From the IMG/VR virus record IMGVR_UViG_3300009431_000005: a stretch of DNA of 64,000 nt; one strand, written 5' to 3'. Positions 38,004-47,027 of the stretch are shown piece by piece; within the stretch, counting starts at the first letter, position 1; every line of letters begins with the position of its first letter. Source of the DNA: an uncultured virus (IMG/VR IMGVR_UViG_3300009431_000005). Lineage: Duplodnaviria; Heunggongvirae; Uroviricota; Caudoviricetes. A model generated the notes under the pieces. The model saw only the letters and a program-made list of their open reading frames with translations, was not told where the DNA came from and ran no database searches. The translations under genes and the position numbers were made by a program.

Positions 38004-39546
38004 GGGTGCCATCGTATCGCTGGGCGTAGGGGGTGGCAATGGTGAGAGAAGTCGACACCCGAAGGGCAAGAGAGGTGCTCAGAGGCTGGATCAGGAGGAC
38101 CGCTCCCTGGTTGAGAGAGTCGTCGAGGGCCTCCGGAACGGTCACGGTCGGGGCCGTGTCGTCGTTCTCGGCTTGCGCGGTCCCCGTCCCAGAGGTGAGG
38201 GGGACGACGATGAGGTACGGGCGGGTCTCCAAGCCCGTCCAGGTGTACACGTTGTCGGACCCATCGACGACAGGGCCGGTCGAGGGTGCGATCTCCGTCC
38301 CGGGCAGTAGCCTGCGCACCACGATGTTCCCGAAGCGCGCCACAGCCGCAGCCCCCGAGCCCCGCACGCTCACATCGAAGATCGGCTGGGTGATGAGCGC
38401 GAAATAGCTCGCGCGCTTCCACTCGGACTGCGCGGGCAGCGTGATCTGCCTGCAGGACTCCCAGGTCGGCGTGCTGCCGGGCGTGTGCGCCCCGTCGTTC
38501 TGGAACACGTCGAGGACCACGTCCTCATCCGAGAGCAGACGGAAGTGGATGTACAGGATCCCCCGCCCGCTGGAGAGGTGCATCGGCTTGTTGACGAAGT
38601 CCACGATGTCCGTCGGGTCGGTCACGCCGACCACGAGCGCGGAGTTCGCCAGAGCACCCTCGGGCGCGAGAGAGCTGACGCCGATCGTAGCGTTGCCTGC
38701 GGTGGGCCACTGAGTCGCCACGAGCGACGGCGTGACGTACGGCTGGTACAGGTTGAGGGACTCGGTCACGGGTCGGAACTCGTCTCCGAGCGGGTCCGGG
38801 TCGGTGATGATCCCGTCCGTCCCCGCCACGTTGTCCTGCCACGAGCTGTGCGGGTCGAGCGTGTCGAAGTACGGCTGCGTCTCGGCGGCGGTGCGGAAGT
38901 GGGTCGTGTTGAACGTGAGGTCGATCTCGATGCGGAAGTACCGCTGGTCGTCCTCGCCCTCCAATTGCGAGAGGTCGCTCATGGAAGACATCTTCAGCGC
39001 CTGCCGCAGCGTCCCCCAAGGGTCGCCGTGCTCGACGTTGAGCCACACCTCGGTGCCCGCCGTCCCGAGCTGCCCCAGCTCAGAGAACAGCCACTCCTTC
39101 ATGTACACCATCGTGTAGCGTTTGCGGCACCACAGGTTGAGGCGGTACGTCGTCTGGTACATCCCCGGCCACGGGTGGCTCTCGTGCTCCAGAGTGCCCT
39201 GGCGGAAGACCTGGGTGCGGAAACGCTTGGGCACGCCGTCGTACTCGGCGTGCGGGTTGGTGTCGATGCGCTCGAAGGAAGCCAGCGGCAGGGGGACCAC
39301 CGGGAATGCCTTGGCGTTGTCTCGATACTCGTCGGCGTCCGTGCCGACCACGAATCCCTGCTTGACGAGGAGAACCCACAGCGCGGCGAAAGCTCGCTGC
39401 GGTCCGGCCATCACCTGCAGGATCGGGTGGTTGAGCTTCGCGCTCCCGCCCAGGTCCCCGTAGTCGACGGTCAGGTCGGAGAGCCACGCGCTGAACGCCT
39501 CGTCGTGACGGCGGAGGGTGTCCTCCAGTGAGTGCGGTGTCGCCAT
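37984..39546 (-). CDS. Tail terminator/completion protein (gp15-like) with C-terminal extension
   Basis: VPLPLASFER...TTYRLNLWC...SDLSQLEG...RYFRIEI; located between neck and sheath genes. Confidence 0.65.
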   Translation of the reverse strand: MATPHSLEDTLRRHDEAFSAWLSDLTVDYGDLGGSAKLNHPILQVMAGPQRAFAALWVLLVKQGFVVGTDADEYRDNAKAFPVVPLPLASFERIDTNPHAEYDGVPKRFRTQVFRQGTLEHESHPWPGMYQTTYRLNLWCRKRYTMVYMKEWLFSELGQLGTAGTEVWLNVEHGDPWGTLRQALKMSSMSDLSQLEGEDDQRYFRIEIDLTFNTTHFRTAAETQPYFDTLDPHSSWQDNVAGTDGIITDPDPLGDEFRPVTESLNLYQPYVTPSLVATQWPTAGNATIGVSSLAPEGALANSALVVGVTDPTDIVDFVNKPMHLSSGRGILYIHFRLLSDEDVVLDVFQNDGAHTPGSTPTWESCRQITLPAQSEWKRASYFALITQPIFDVSVRGSGAAAVARFGNIVVRRLLPGTEIAPSTGPVVDGSDNVYTWTGLETRPYLIVVPLTSGTGTAQAENDDTAPTVTVPEALDDSLNQGAVLLIQPLSTSLALRVSTSLTIATPYAQRYDGTHAGHEL

Positions 39547-39995
39547 CAGCCAGCCTCCCGGTCACGCCTGCTGCCGTTCATCGTCGCCTTCACGTCCTCG
39601 ACATCGAAGCCGCGCTCGGCAAGCCAGAGCATGTACGGCGAGATTTCGAGCACCGGGCCGCCCGCCTCAGAGACGCCCTGCTCCACGAAGCCGACGGGGT
39701 TCCCGAACACGCGCTCGCGCAGGTACACACGGGCGCGCAGGTCGGCGAGCGAGTGCCACTTGTCCCGCGTACGCGGGTCGGGACGCACCACGAGGTTCTT
39801 CCCGCCGACGAGGATCACGAGGCAATGCTTCGCGTCCGATCGCTTCTCCTCGGGCACGTCCTGTAGCGAGAAGTCCTCCAGGAGAAAGGTCCGCTTCAGG
39901 CGCAGGCCGAAGTCGAGATCGAGATCCACCTCGACGCGGTTCGCCGTCTGCACGCGCACCGTTCGGCCGCGAAAGGTCCTGGAAGCCAACGTCAC
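39546..39995 (-). CDS. Degenerate thermonuclease (SNase)-like OB-fold protein
   Basis: GTG start overlapping the upstream stop; VRVQTANRVEVDLDLDFG...AKHCL...DKW...RARVYL parallels the phage SNase pattern VVDGDTVDVDIDLGF...DKYGRxLAxVY. Confidence 0.5.
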   Translation of the reverse strand: MTLASRTFRGRTVRVQTANRVEVDLDLDFGLRLKRTFLLEDFSLQDVPEEKRSDAKHCLVILVGGKNLVVRPDPRTRDKWHSLADLRARVYLRERVFGNPVGFVEQGVSEAGGPVLEISPYMLWLAERGFDVEDVKATMNGSRRDREAG

Positions 39996-40582
39996 GAGCC
40001 CGACCTCACCATCTCGCAGTTGCACACGCGATAGAGGCGGATGTTGGTGTTCTTCCAGTACCCGCCGGACTTGTGCTGCTTCACGAGGTAGCGGTCGCCG
40101 TCCCAGATGAACTCGTCGCCCGCGTACACCGTGATCCCGAGAGCGTCGAGGAGCCCGTGCGGGAAGAACACGATGATGTCCCGCATCTCGTCGAACCCGA
40201 GCTTCTTCAGCTCGCGGTCCTTCATCTCGCGCTGCACGCGGCCGTGGATGTTGACCGGGGTGGCGAAGACCTCGACGGCCACCGCGTTGTCGACGGCGTC
40301 GCCGTGCGGCTGCGCCCATTCGCCGGTCGCACCGATGGTCGTGTCGATCGACTCCCCCCACAGCGGATCCCAGGCGGTGTGCCCAGCCTCGCCGATCGGT
40401 TCGGTCACGTCGCCAGGAGCGTCCGAGCCCGGGGTGATGTCGCGTTCGAGGCAGTAGTAGGGGAGCTGCGGGTACATCCGCCGGTACTGCTCGTTGATCA
40501 TTCGCACCTGCAGCGCGAGGTCCTTCCCGTACGCGGTCGGGAAGCCCGTCTGGTGCGTGTAGTCCTCGGGCAGATACGGCAT
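39992..40582 (-). CDS. Neck / head-closure protein (gp14-like)
   Basis: DPLWGE...ELKKLGFDEMRD...AGDEFIWDG; located in the neck module. Confidence 0.65.
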   Translation of the reverse strand: MPYLPEDYTHQTGFPTAYGKDLALQVRMINEQYRRMYPQLPYYCLERDITPGSDAPGDVTEPIGEAGHTAWDPLWGESIDTTIGATGEWAQPHGDAVDNAVAVEVFATPVNIHGRVQREMKDRELKKLGFDEMRDIIVFFPHGLLDALGITVYAGDEFIWDGDRYLVKQHKSGGYWKNTNIRLYRVCNCEMVRSGS

Positions 40583-41151
40583 CAGACCCCTCCCTTGACC
40601 ACCATCTTGCTGCCGACGGCGTCCTTGATCGCGGACAGGACACGGCGTCGCATCTCGCGTCGTGCGGCTGGAGCCCGGCGCTTCATCAAGTTGAAGAACG
40701 GACCCCAGTGCGGTCGCGCGGGCACGGTGATCGTCCCGTGCTCGTGGACCTTCATCAGATCGTTGAGGAGGATCCCGGCGGAGCTGCCGTCCGGCTTGCG
40801 GGCCTTCGCCTGCGTGTGGAAGCCGATCCGCCAGCGTCCGCTGCCCTTGGTGCCCAGGCGGCGGAAGACGCGAATCTGGTCCACGTAGCGTCCGGTCGCA
40901 ATCATCGTGCGCAGGTCGAGGCCAGTGCTCTCCTTGAAGTCAAGCCACTGCGGCGAGAGGTTCGTCCCCGACTCCGGGTACAGGATGACCTTGAAGGACG
41001 CGAACCGTTGGCCCTCGATCCGCGCGACGAAGTCCTCCTTCTCGTCCTCGGCGTGCTCGTCCATCGCATCCACGAGCGCAACCCGCGCTGCCGCGCTCGC
41101 GGCGCGGGCCAGGACGGGAAAGTTCGGGATGTGGGACTTCTTGTAGGCCAT
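40582..41151 (-). CDS. Neck/tail completion protein (HK97 gp10 / virion morphogenesis-like)
   Basis: MIATGRY...VHEHGTITVPARPHW. Confidence 0.65.
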   Translation of the reverse strand: MAYKKSHIPNFPVLARAASAAARVALVDAMDEHAEDEKEDFVARIEGQRFASFKVILYPESGTNLSPQWLDFKESTGLDLRTMIATGRYVDQIRVFRRLGTKGSGRWRIGFHTQAKARKPDGSSAGILLNDLMKVHEHGTITVPARPHWGPFFNLMKRRAPAARREMRRRVLSAIKDAVGSKMVVKGGV

Positions 41152-41158
41152 CTGCCCT

Positions 41159-41185
41159 CTGCCAGTGGCAGCCTGCCACTGGCAG
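41159..41185. repeat. Palindromic intergenic element, copy 3 (perfect 13-bp inverted repeat, 1-bp spacer)
   Basis: CTGCCAGTGGCAG-C-CTGCCACTGGCAG between two neck genes. Confidence 0.85.
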
Positions 41186-41187
41186 GC

Positions 41188-41964
41188 TCACTCGATGACA
41201 GGCACCCCCGGTCGGCGGCGCAGTTTGAGGTCCTCCTCCATTTGCTCCATGTCCTCGCGGCCCTCCTGGGCCAGCTCGGCGTAGTCCACCAAGTCGGCAG
41301 ACCCCTCGGGGTTGGTGATCCCCGCGAACTTGCCCCGGATGCGCGAGAGGATCGTCTTCGCGTACGCGATGGCGTACTCGATGATCCAGTCCACGTCCCC
41401 GGCGGGGACCGCCAGGAGGCCCTGAGCGTCCTCCTCCTCGGTGTACCGGGCGTTGAAGGTCACGGCCGCCTCGACGTTGTCACTCTCGACCGAGACGTAC
41501 ACGAAGTAGTGGTTCTCGTACGTGCTTCCGCCCACGTCGACCTGCTCCCACTGAGCGTGCCACTCCGGCTCGGAGCTGACAATGCGACTCGCGTCCTCGG
41601 AGTACGAAAGGCGCTGCGCCACGTCGCCGAAGGTCTCGTCGCCATAGGTCGGGCCGGTGAGCGAGGTCACGTACGGATCGAAGGGGTCCACGCCCGCAGG
41701 CTCGGTGCGGCGCGTGATCCACTCCACGTCGACGACCCCGAGGAGATTCGGGATCACGTTGTCCAGGCGGATGCGCTTCGTCGCCTGCGCGACGGTGATC
41801 GCGTGCCGCCCTTGGAACGGGAGGTAGCGGTTGTACGGCCGGAGGGCCTTCCGAACGCACACCTTGATGTCGCCATCGGTCAGCTCGACCTCAACGCCTG
41901 AACCACCGAGGGAGGTACGGACCTCCTCGGTGATCCGCTCATAGGTGAGTTCGGAGTTCGGCAC
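41188..41964 (-). CDS. Neck protein (T4 gp13-like head-tail adaptor)
   Basis: SLGGSGVEVELT...DWIIEYAIAYAKTILSRIRGKF...ELAQEG. Confidence 0.8.
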   Translation of the reverse strand: MPNSELTYERITEEVRTSLGGSGVEVELTDGDIKVCVRKALRPYNRYLPFQGRHAITVAQATKRIRLDNVIPNLLGVVDVEWITRRTEPAGVDPFDPYVTSLTGPTYGDETFGDVAQRLSYSEDASRIVSSEPEWHAQWEQVDVGGSTYENHYFVYVSVESDNVEAAVTFNARYTEEEDAQGLLAVPAGDVDWIIEYAIAYAKTILSRIRGKFAGITNPEGSADLVDYAELAQEGREDMEQMEEDLKLRRRPGVPVIE

Positions 41965-41967
41965 GGG

Positions 41968-42939
41968 TTAGTCCTCCAGCATCTCGTACTCTTCGAGCCC
42001 GGACAGGAGAGCGGCCAGGGTGGAAGCGCGGTTCATCTTCAGCGAGATGTCGAATTCCTCCTCCTCGACCAGACCACGAAGCTGGCCGAGAGTCATGGCT
42101 TCGACATCCGCACGCTTGTACGTGTTGTAGCCCTCCTCGTCCCCGTCTTCTTCCTCGGCCTCGACCTCCAGCTCGGGCGGCACCTCGACCTCGGACAGTT
42201 CTTCTTCGGACTCCTCCTCGACCTCCGGCTCGCCGCCCTCCTCGACCTCGGGGGCGGCCTCTTCGGACATCTCTTCTCCAGGTGCCGCCGAATCGGGGTC
42301 ATCCGGGGAAGTTTCGTCGGCGAGGTCCTCGGCCGTAGTGTCAAGGTCGGTGAGCGCAGGCGCGTCCGGGAGCTTCGCGGAGGCGGACTCCTCCGGCCGA
42401 TTGACCGGCGCATCCGGGAAGATTTCCCGAACGGCCTCGCGCACGGCCGCGAGGTTGTCGTCGGTGACCGACGCACAGGTGAGCAGCACGCTCGCCGGAG
42501 CTTGGATGAAGGTCACTCCGTCCGCGATCCCCTGTGCCGCAAGCTCCGATCGGAGTCTCTCGACGAAGACCTCGCGCGTCTCTCCGAGGACTTGACCTTC
42601 GCGTACCACCGCGCCCGCAAGGCGAAGGCGGCCCAGCTTCTTCGCGCTTTTCTGCTCTTCCTGCGCAGCGATCGTAGCAGCGTGACGCTCGTCGCGCGCA
42701 GCTTCCTGAGCCACTGCACTGTCGAGTTCGGCGGGATGGCCGGGAAACGGATAGAGCGGGCCGGACCCGCTCACGAACTGCTGGTAGAACGCGCCGCGCA
42801 CGACGTACGTGCCTTTGCGGCGGGCGCGGTCCGTCCACGGGTGGACGGTGAGCGGAACACGGTTCTCGTCGTGGATGATGACCGGCGTCCGCTGAAGGTT
42901 GACGTAGGCGGGTTCCGTCGTGGGTTGCTCGTCCGACAT
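41968..42939 (-). CDS. Acidic hypothetical protein with C-terminal HeH/Rho-N-like motif
   Basis: Glu-rich tract; VEAMTLGQLRGLVEEEEFDISLKMNRASTLAALL. Confidence 0.7.
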   Translation of the reverse strand: MSDEQPTTEPAYVNLQRTPVIIHDENRVPLTVHPWTDRARRKGTYVVRGAFYQQFVSGSGPLYPFPGHPAELDSAVAQEAARDERHAATIAAQEEQKSAKKLGRLRLAGAVVREGQVLGETREVFVERLRSELAAQGIADGVTFIQAPASVLLTCASVTDDNLAAVREAVREIFPDAPVNRPEESASAKLPDAPALTDLDTTAEDLADETSPDDPDSAAPGEEMSEEAAPEVEEGGEPEVEEESEEELSEVEVPPELEVEAEEEDGDEEGYNTYKRADVEAMTLGQLRGLVEEEEFDISLKMNRASTLAALLSGLEEYEMLED

Positions 42940-43035
42940 TTCAAGGGCTCCTTGGGGTTTCAGGGTGCGTCGTGGACGCGCGTTGTCGCGCCCGGTGGAT
43001 CGAACGCGGCCATGATATCAAGGGGAAGTCGGGGG

Positions 43036-43072
43036 AGAAAGAAAAGGGGGCAGCCCCGTGAGGAGCCGCCCC
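43036..43072 (-). terminator. Rho-independent terminator after the major capsid gene
   Basis: Minus strand GGGGCGGCTCC-TCAC-GGGGCTGCCCC followed by CTTTTCTTTCT. Confidence 0.8.
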
Positions 43073-43111
43073 GCCAGCGTGCCACCGATGCGCATACAGC
43101 GACAGCCGGGA

Positions 43112-44644
43112 TTAGGTGAGGCTGATGCGGACGTACATATCCGCGTTCACCATCTTGGAGGCGTAGCGCGAGGCCAGCCCCTTCTGGGTCAGGAAGTCCG
43201 CCGTCTGCAGACTCGGGGTCGTGTACAGGAGCTGGTACGGAGCCCACACGAACCCGGCCTCGAAGAACTGCGAACCCTTGAAGCCCATGAGCAGGTTGCC
43301 ACCCGCAGCCGCGCCCGTCTCGTTGATCAGGCGCAGGTCCTTGTAGACCCGCCACTTGTTCATCAGCGTGCCGATGAAGTGCAGGCCCTGGACGTTGCTC
43401 GGGCGCGGAGCCGAGACGAACATCCCGGCGGGCAAGGACTCGATCACGTTGCAGCCCTGCTCGTCACCGACGATCCAGTTGCCGTAGCCCTTGCGGGTGC
43501 GGAACTGGATGGAGTTGCTGGCGACGTTCAGGTTGTAGATCAGGTCCTTGAAGTGCTCCTGCTGGGAGTATTGCGGGGTCGCACCCGGCGGGTCCTTCGA
43601 GAAGGACGAGGCGACGGGAGCAACCGCCCAGATCGCGGAGATGATCTGGCGAGCGATCTCGTCGTTCATCTGCTCGGCGGCACCCGACACGAGCTGCGGC
43701 TCCAGGGAGACGCCGAACTCGGCCATGATGTCCTGCATCGCCTCCATGCTGTAGTTGACCTTCAGCGCGCGGCGCTCGGTCTCGGCGGTGGAGGTGATGA
43801 TCTGGACGTCGACCTGCGGGATCGAGGTGGAACCCTCGGAGTCCCAGCGGTACGTCGCCCAGTTCGTGGCGGAGGTGGTGAAGCCGGTACCCGTGGTGAC
43901 GGTCACCGTGATGCTCCACGCCCCGGTGGTGTAGTCGATCGAGCTGGCAGCGACGGTCGCTCCGGCGGACAGGAAGCCGCCGTTGCCGTCGTCGACGAAC
44001 TCGATGTCCGCCGCAGTACCGGAGGGCTCGTCGACCTCAGCCGTGATCCTCACCGTGCCCGGACGCACACCGCCACCGTCGTGGAAGGCGAGCGTGCCCG
44101 TGTTGGTGACGTTGGCCGCCCCGAGCGCGGGGATCGCTTCGTTGTCGATCACCTCGTTCGAGAAGTCGTACCCGGAGGACTGCTTGCCGGTGTTGGCATC
44201 GAACAGGCGCTGGCCGTGGGAGTAGCTGCCCTTGTTCGTGCCGACGATCCAGTTCCAGTACACGATCGTCGCGGAGCGGCGGGTCGTGGGCTGGACGGAG
44301 ACCAGCTCGTTGATCGGGTTCGTGGGGAACCCGGCCCGGATGATGGGGAAGAGGTAGTCGGAGAAGCCGCCGACGAGCGCGGAGCGCGTGGTCTCGTCGA
44401 TGAGCCAGCGACCCTGCGGGTCGAGCGCGCGACGGCCGCCGCACTGACGGGCGAGCCACCACTTCGCGTTCTCCAGGAGCATCGCCGTCTGGGCGCGGAG
44501 CATCTCGTCCTTGACCTCCATCTCGGAGCCCTCGGCGAAATACTCCATCCAGCCCCCTTCGGCGAGCGGGATGGTCGTGAGCTTCAGGGCGGTCTCCAGG
44601 ATGCCCTCGTAAGCCCCCGACGGGTTTAGGACCATGTTCGTCAT
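43112..44644 (-). CDS. Major capsid protein (T4 gp23-like)
   Basis: ELVSVQP, RALKVNYSMEAMQD, EIARQII, GFKGSQFFEAGFVWAPY, GLASRYA. Confidence 0.95.
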   Translation of the reverse strand: MTNMVLNPSGAYEGILETALKLTTIPLAEGGWMEYFAEGSEMEVKDEMLRAQTAMLLENAKWWLARQCGGRRALDPQGRWLIDETTRSALVGGFSDYLFPIIRAGFPTNPINELVSVQPTTRRSATIVYWNWIVGTNKGSYSHGQRLFDANTGKQSSGYDFSNEVIDNEAIPALGAANVTNTGTLAFHDGGGVRPGTVRITAEVDEPSGTAADIEFVDDGNGGFLSAGATVAASSIDYTTGAWSITVTVTTGTGFTTSATNWATYRWDSEGSTSIPQVDVQIITSTAETERRALKVNYSMEAMQDIMAEFGVSLEPQLVSGAAEQMNDEIARQIISAIWAVAPVASSFSKDPPGATPQYSQQEHFKDLIYNLNVASNSIQFRTRKGYGNWIVGDEQGCNVIESLPAGMFVSAPRPSNVQGLHFIGTLMNKWRVYKDLRLINETGAAAGGNLLMGFKGSQFFEAGFVWAPYQLLYTTPSLQTADFLTQKGLASRYASKMVNADMYVRISLT

Positions 44645-44679
44645 CTGTCTATTCCTCGCGTGAGGTCGTTGAGTCGAAG

Positions 44680-46545
44680 TCAGCCCTCGGCCACTGCCGT
44701 GCGTCCCTTCATGGCCTTGAGCGCCCCCTCGGCGACGGTGACCTGCCTCGGGCGTTCCTTCGGCGTGTCCTCCGTGTCGGGCGGCGGCTCAACGTCGTCG
44801 GATTCGATGACGACGCGAGACGGAAGGGTTCGGCGCGTAGCCGAAGAACCGCCCTCGGCGACGTCGGGCTCGTCGTGAGACTCCACCACCGGGCGCACGG
44901 CTGCAGGCAACAGCCGCTCCGCGATCTGCTCGACGTGCGCTGCATCGCGCCCGAGGAGCAGGATGTCGCGGAAACGCTCCAGGGAGGAGACCTCTCCGAT
45001 GACCCGATCCACCGTAGCGGTGACCGCCTCCGAGCGTTGAGACTCGGGACGGGTCGCCAGAAGTTCCTCGGCGAGTTTCAGCTTCGACGCCGTCGTCTCC
45101 AGCTTCCCCTCGACCTCCGCGAGCTGTTCGATCACCACGTCAAGCTGCCCTTCGGCAGTGCCCGTGGCCGACTCAGCGACTTCCAGCCGCTCCCGGAGGT
45201 GCCCCGCTTCCGCAATTGCGTCACGAAGCTGCTCCCGGAGACTTTCGGTGACCTGCGCGAATCCATCCACGCGGTCTTCCTCACCGGCCGCCGAAGCCTG
45301 TCGGATGGCATCGTCGATCGCAGCGTCCAGATCCCCGTCTTCGGATTCCAACAGGCCGAGGGAGTAGCGCGTCAGCATCCGCTGCAGGGAAAGGGCTTGC
45401 TCGGTGTGGAGCTTGCCTTCCCCTTGCAGGGCGCTGCCGCGTTCCGTCGCCTGTGCAATCTTCGCACGGAGGCTGGACCGCAGGAACGGGTCGATGTCAT
45501 CGAGAGGCGTCTCGACCAGTTGAGAGACCTCGACGGCGAATTCGTCCGCTTCGGTCACCGTAGCCGACGAGCCCTGCCCGTCGGTGTGCGATTCGTTGAG
45601 GATCATGATCTCCCGGAGCTGCTCTGCGGCTTGCCCCAGGTCGCCCACGTACCCCCAGTTCCTTCCGCCTTCGGCGGTGAACTTCTGCTCGTGCTGCTTG
45701 AGCTTGGCCTGCAGCGTGCGCAGGAGACCGGCGATCTCCTTCTTCCGCGCAGCGTAGGCGGACTTCGCATCCTTCCCGCGCGCCTCGTCCGTCGCCTCGC
45801 CGCCCTCCTCGTCCTCCTTGACCTGCTTCGGCACCGTGGGGAACGCGCCGGGGACGGAAGGCTTCATGACCGCGTCCCAAGTCTCGAAGACGAAGCTGTC
45901 CGGGTCGACGGTGCCGTCGTCGCCGACGGTGCCGTTGCCGCGCGAAGAGACGCCCCACCGGACGTTCTTCTTCGTGTACTCCTTGAGGATCAGGCCGTTC
46001 GGCGTGTCGAGGACCTCGGCGCGTCCCCAGACGGTGCCGTCCTCTTGGAGCTTCGCAGCGACGGTGACGATCGCGCCCTCCTTGCCGTCGGTGCGTCCGT
46101 CCTTGGGGTGTTCCAGGTGCCCGAGCATCGCGCGCTCGCCGATGTTCTTCTGGACGTAGCTGGCATCGTCCGCGATGAGCTTGTCCCAGATCGCCCGGGG
46201 GTACTTGCGCTTATTCGCGTTCGGCACGTCGCTGCGCTGGAACACGCCCTCGACGTACCAGGAGCCCTTCGGGATCTTGACCTTCGTGCCGTCGGAGAGC
46301 TGCCGCTCCTCCAGCTCCATCTCCTCGGCCGACTCGACCACGACACGCGGCCCACCCTCGGACTCCAAGAGGGTGTCGAGCGCCTCGCCCAGCATTGTTC
46401 CGTCGCCCTGTGCAAACCACACCTTCGCGTCCTGCACGACGTAGGCGACGCGCGGGTACATGACGAGGTTGTCCTCCCCGTCTGCCCACTCTTCCAGCCA
46501 GCCTTCGCAGAGCAGGCGGCGATCAGAGGCCAGGGTACCAGTCAT
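44680..46545 (-). CDS. Prohead core protease (T4 gp21-like) fused to a scaffold region
   Basis: EGVFQRSDVPNANKRKYP, LGHLEHP, LDTPNG, GVSSRGNG, WDAVMKPS; C-terminal acidic coiled coil. Confidence 0.92.
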   Translation of the reverse strand: MTGTLASDRRLLCEGWLEEWADGEDNLVMYPRVAYVVQDAKVWFAQGDGTMLGEALDTLLESEGGPRVVVESAEEMELEERQLSDGTKVKIPKGSWYVEGVFQRSDVPNANKRKYPRAIWDKLIADDASYVQKNIGERAMLGHLEHPKDGRTDGKEGAIVTVAAKLQEDGTVWGRAEVLDTPNGLILKEYTKKNVRWGVSSRGNGTVGDDGTVDPDSFVFETWDAVMKPSVPGAFPTVPKQVKEDEEGGEATDEARGKDAKSAYAARKKEIAGLLRTLQAKLKQHEQKFTAEGGRNWGYVGDLGQAAEQLREIMILNESHTDGQGSSATVTEADEFAVEVSQLVETPLDDIDPFLRSSLRAKIAQATERGSALQGEGKLHTEQALSLQRMLTRYSLGLLESEDGDLDAAIDDAIRQASAAGEEDRVDGFAQVTESLREQLRDAIAEAGHLRERLEVAESATGTAEGQLDVVIEQLAEVEGKLETTASKLKLAEELLATRPESQRSEAVTATVDRVIGEVSSLERFRDILLLGRDAAHVEQIAERLLPAAVRPVVESHDEPDVAEGGSSATRRTLPSRVVIESDDVEPPPDTEDTPKERPRQVTVAEGALKAMKGRTAVAEG

Positions 46546-46858
46546 TTTCGGGCTCCTCGTCGGGGAACTTCAGTGCGGGCTGCTTGGCTTCACGCGGGAT
46601 GATCTGGATCACACGTTGCTGAGCCGGGATGCACTGAGCCACGCCGAACTCGCGGGCGTAGTCCACCGCCGTCTCTCGAAAGTCCTTCTCGAACCCACGC
46701 AGACGAAGGAGAAGCACGACCCTTGCCGGGTCGGTGCCCAGGTCGAAGCTGCTCTCTGCGTCATCATCTAGTTCCAGGAGGAAGGTCTCACGGTCGCGGT
46801 CCCACGAGAGCACGAAGAAGTCACCCGGGAACACGCTCGGAATCGGAACCTGGGGCAT
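46523..46858 (-). CDS. Hypothetical protein
   Basis: 111-aa ORF with AAGGAG RBS. Confidence 0.6.
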   Translation of the reverse strand: MPQVPIPSVFPGDFFVLSWDRDRETFLLELDDDAESSFDLGTDPARVVLLLRLRGFEKDFRETAVDYAREFGVAQCIPAQQRVIQIIPREAKQPALKFPDEEPENDWYPGL

Positions 46859-47027
46859 CGCTCGACTCCTTCGCGCCTCGTGTTTGGCCGCAGACAGGAC
46901 ACTTCGACGGGTAGCGCCCAGGGTAGACAGGCATCGGGAACCCGCAGTCTTCGCACGGCTCCAGATGACGGCCTCGACTCAGCGCGTTGCTGAGTCCCTG
47001 AGTCAGCTTCTCGTCGAGTGCGTACAT
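46821..47027 (-). CDS. Small zinc-ribbon protein
   Basis: MYALDEK...CEDCG...CPVCG; TGATG-coupled. Confidence 0.55.
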   Translation of the reverse strand: MYALDEKLTQGLSNALSRGRHLEPCEDCGFPMPVYPGRYPSKCPVCGQTRGAKESSDAPGSDSERVPG

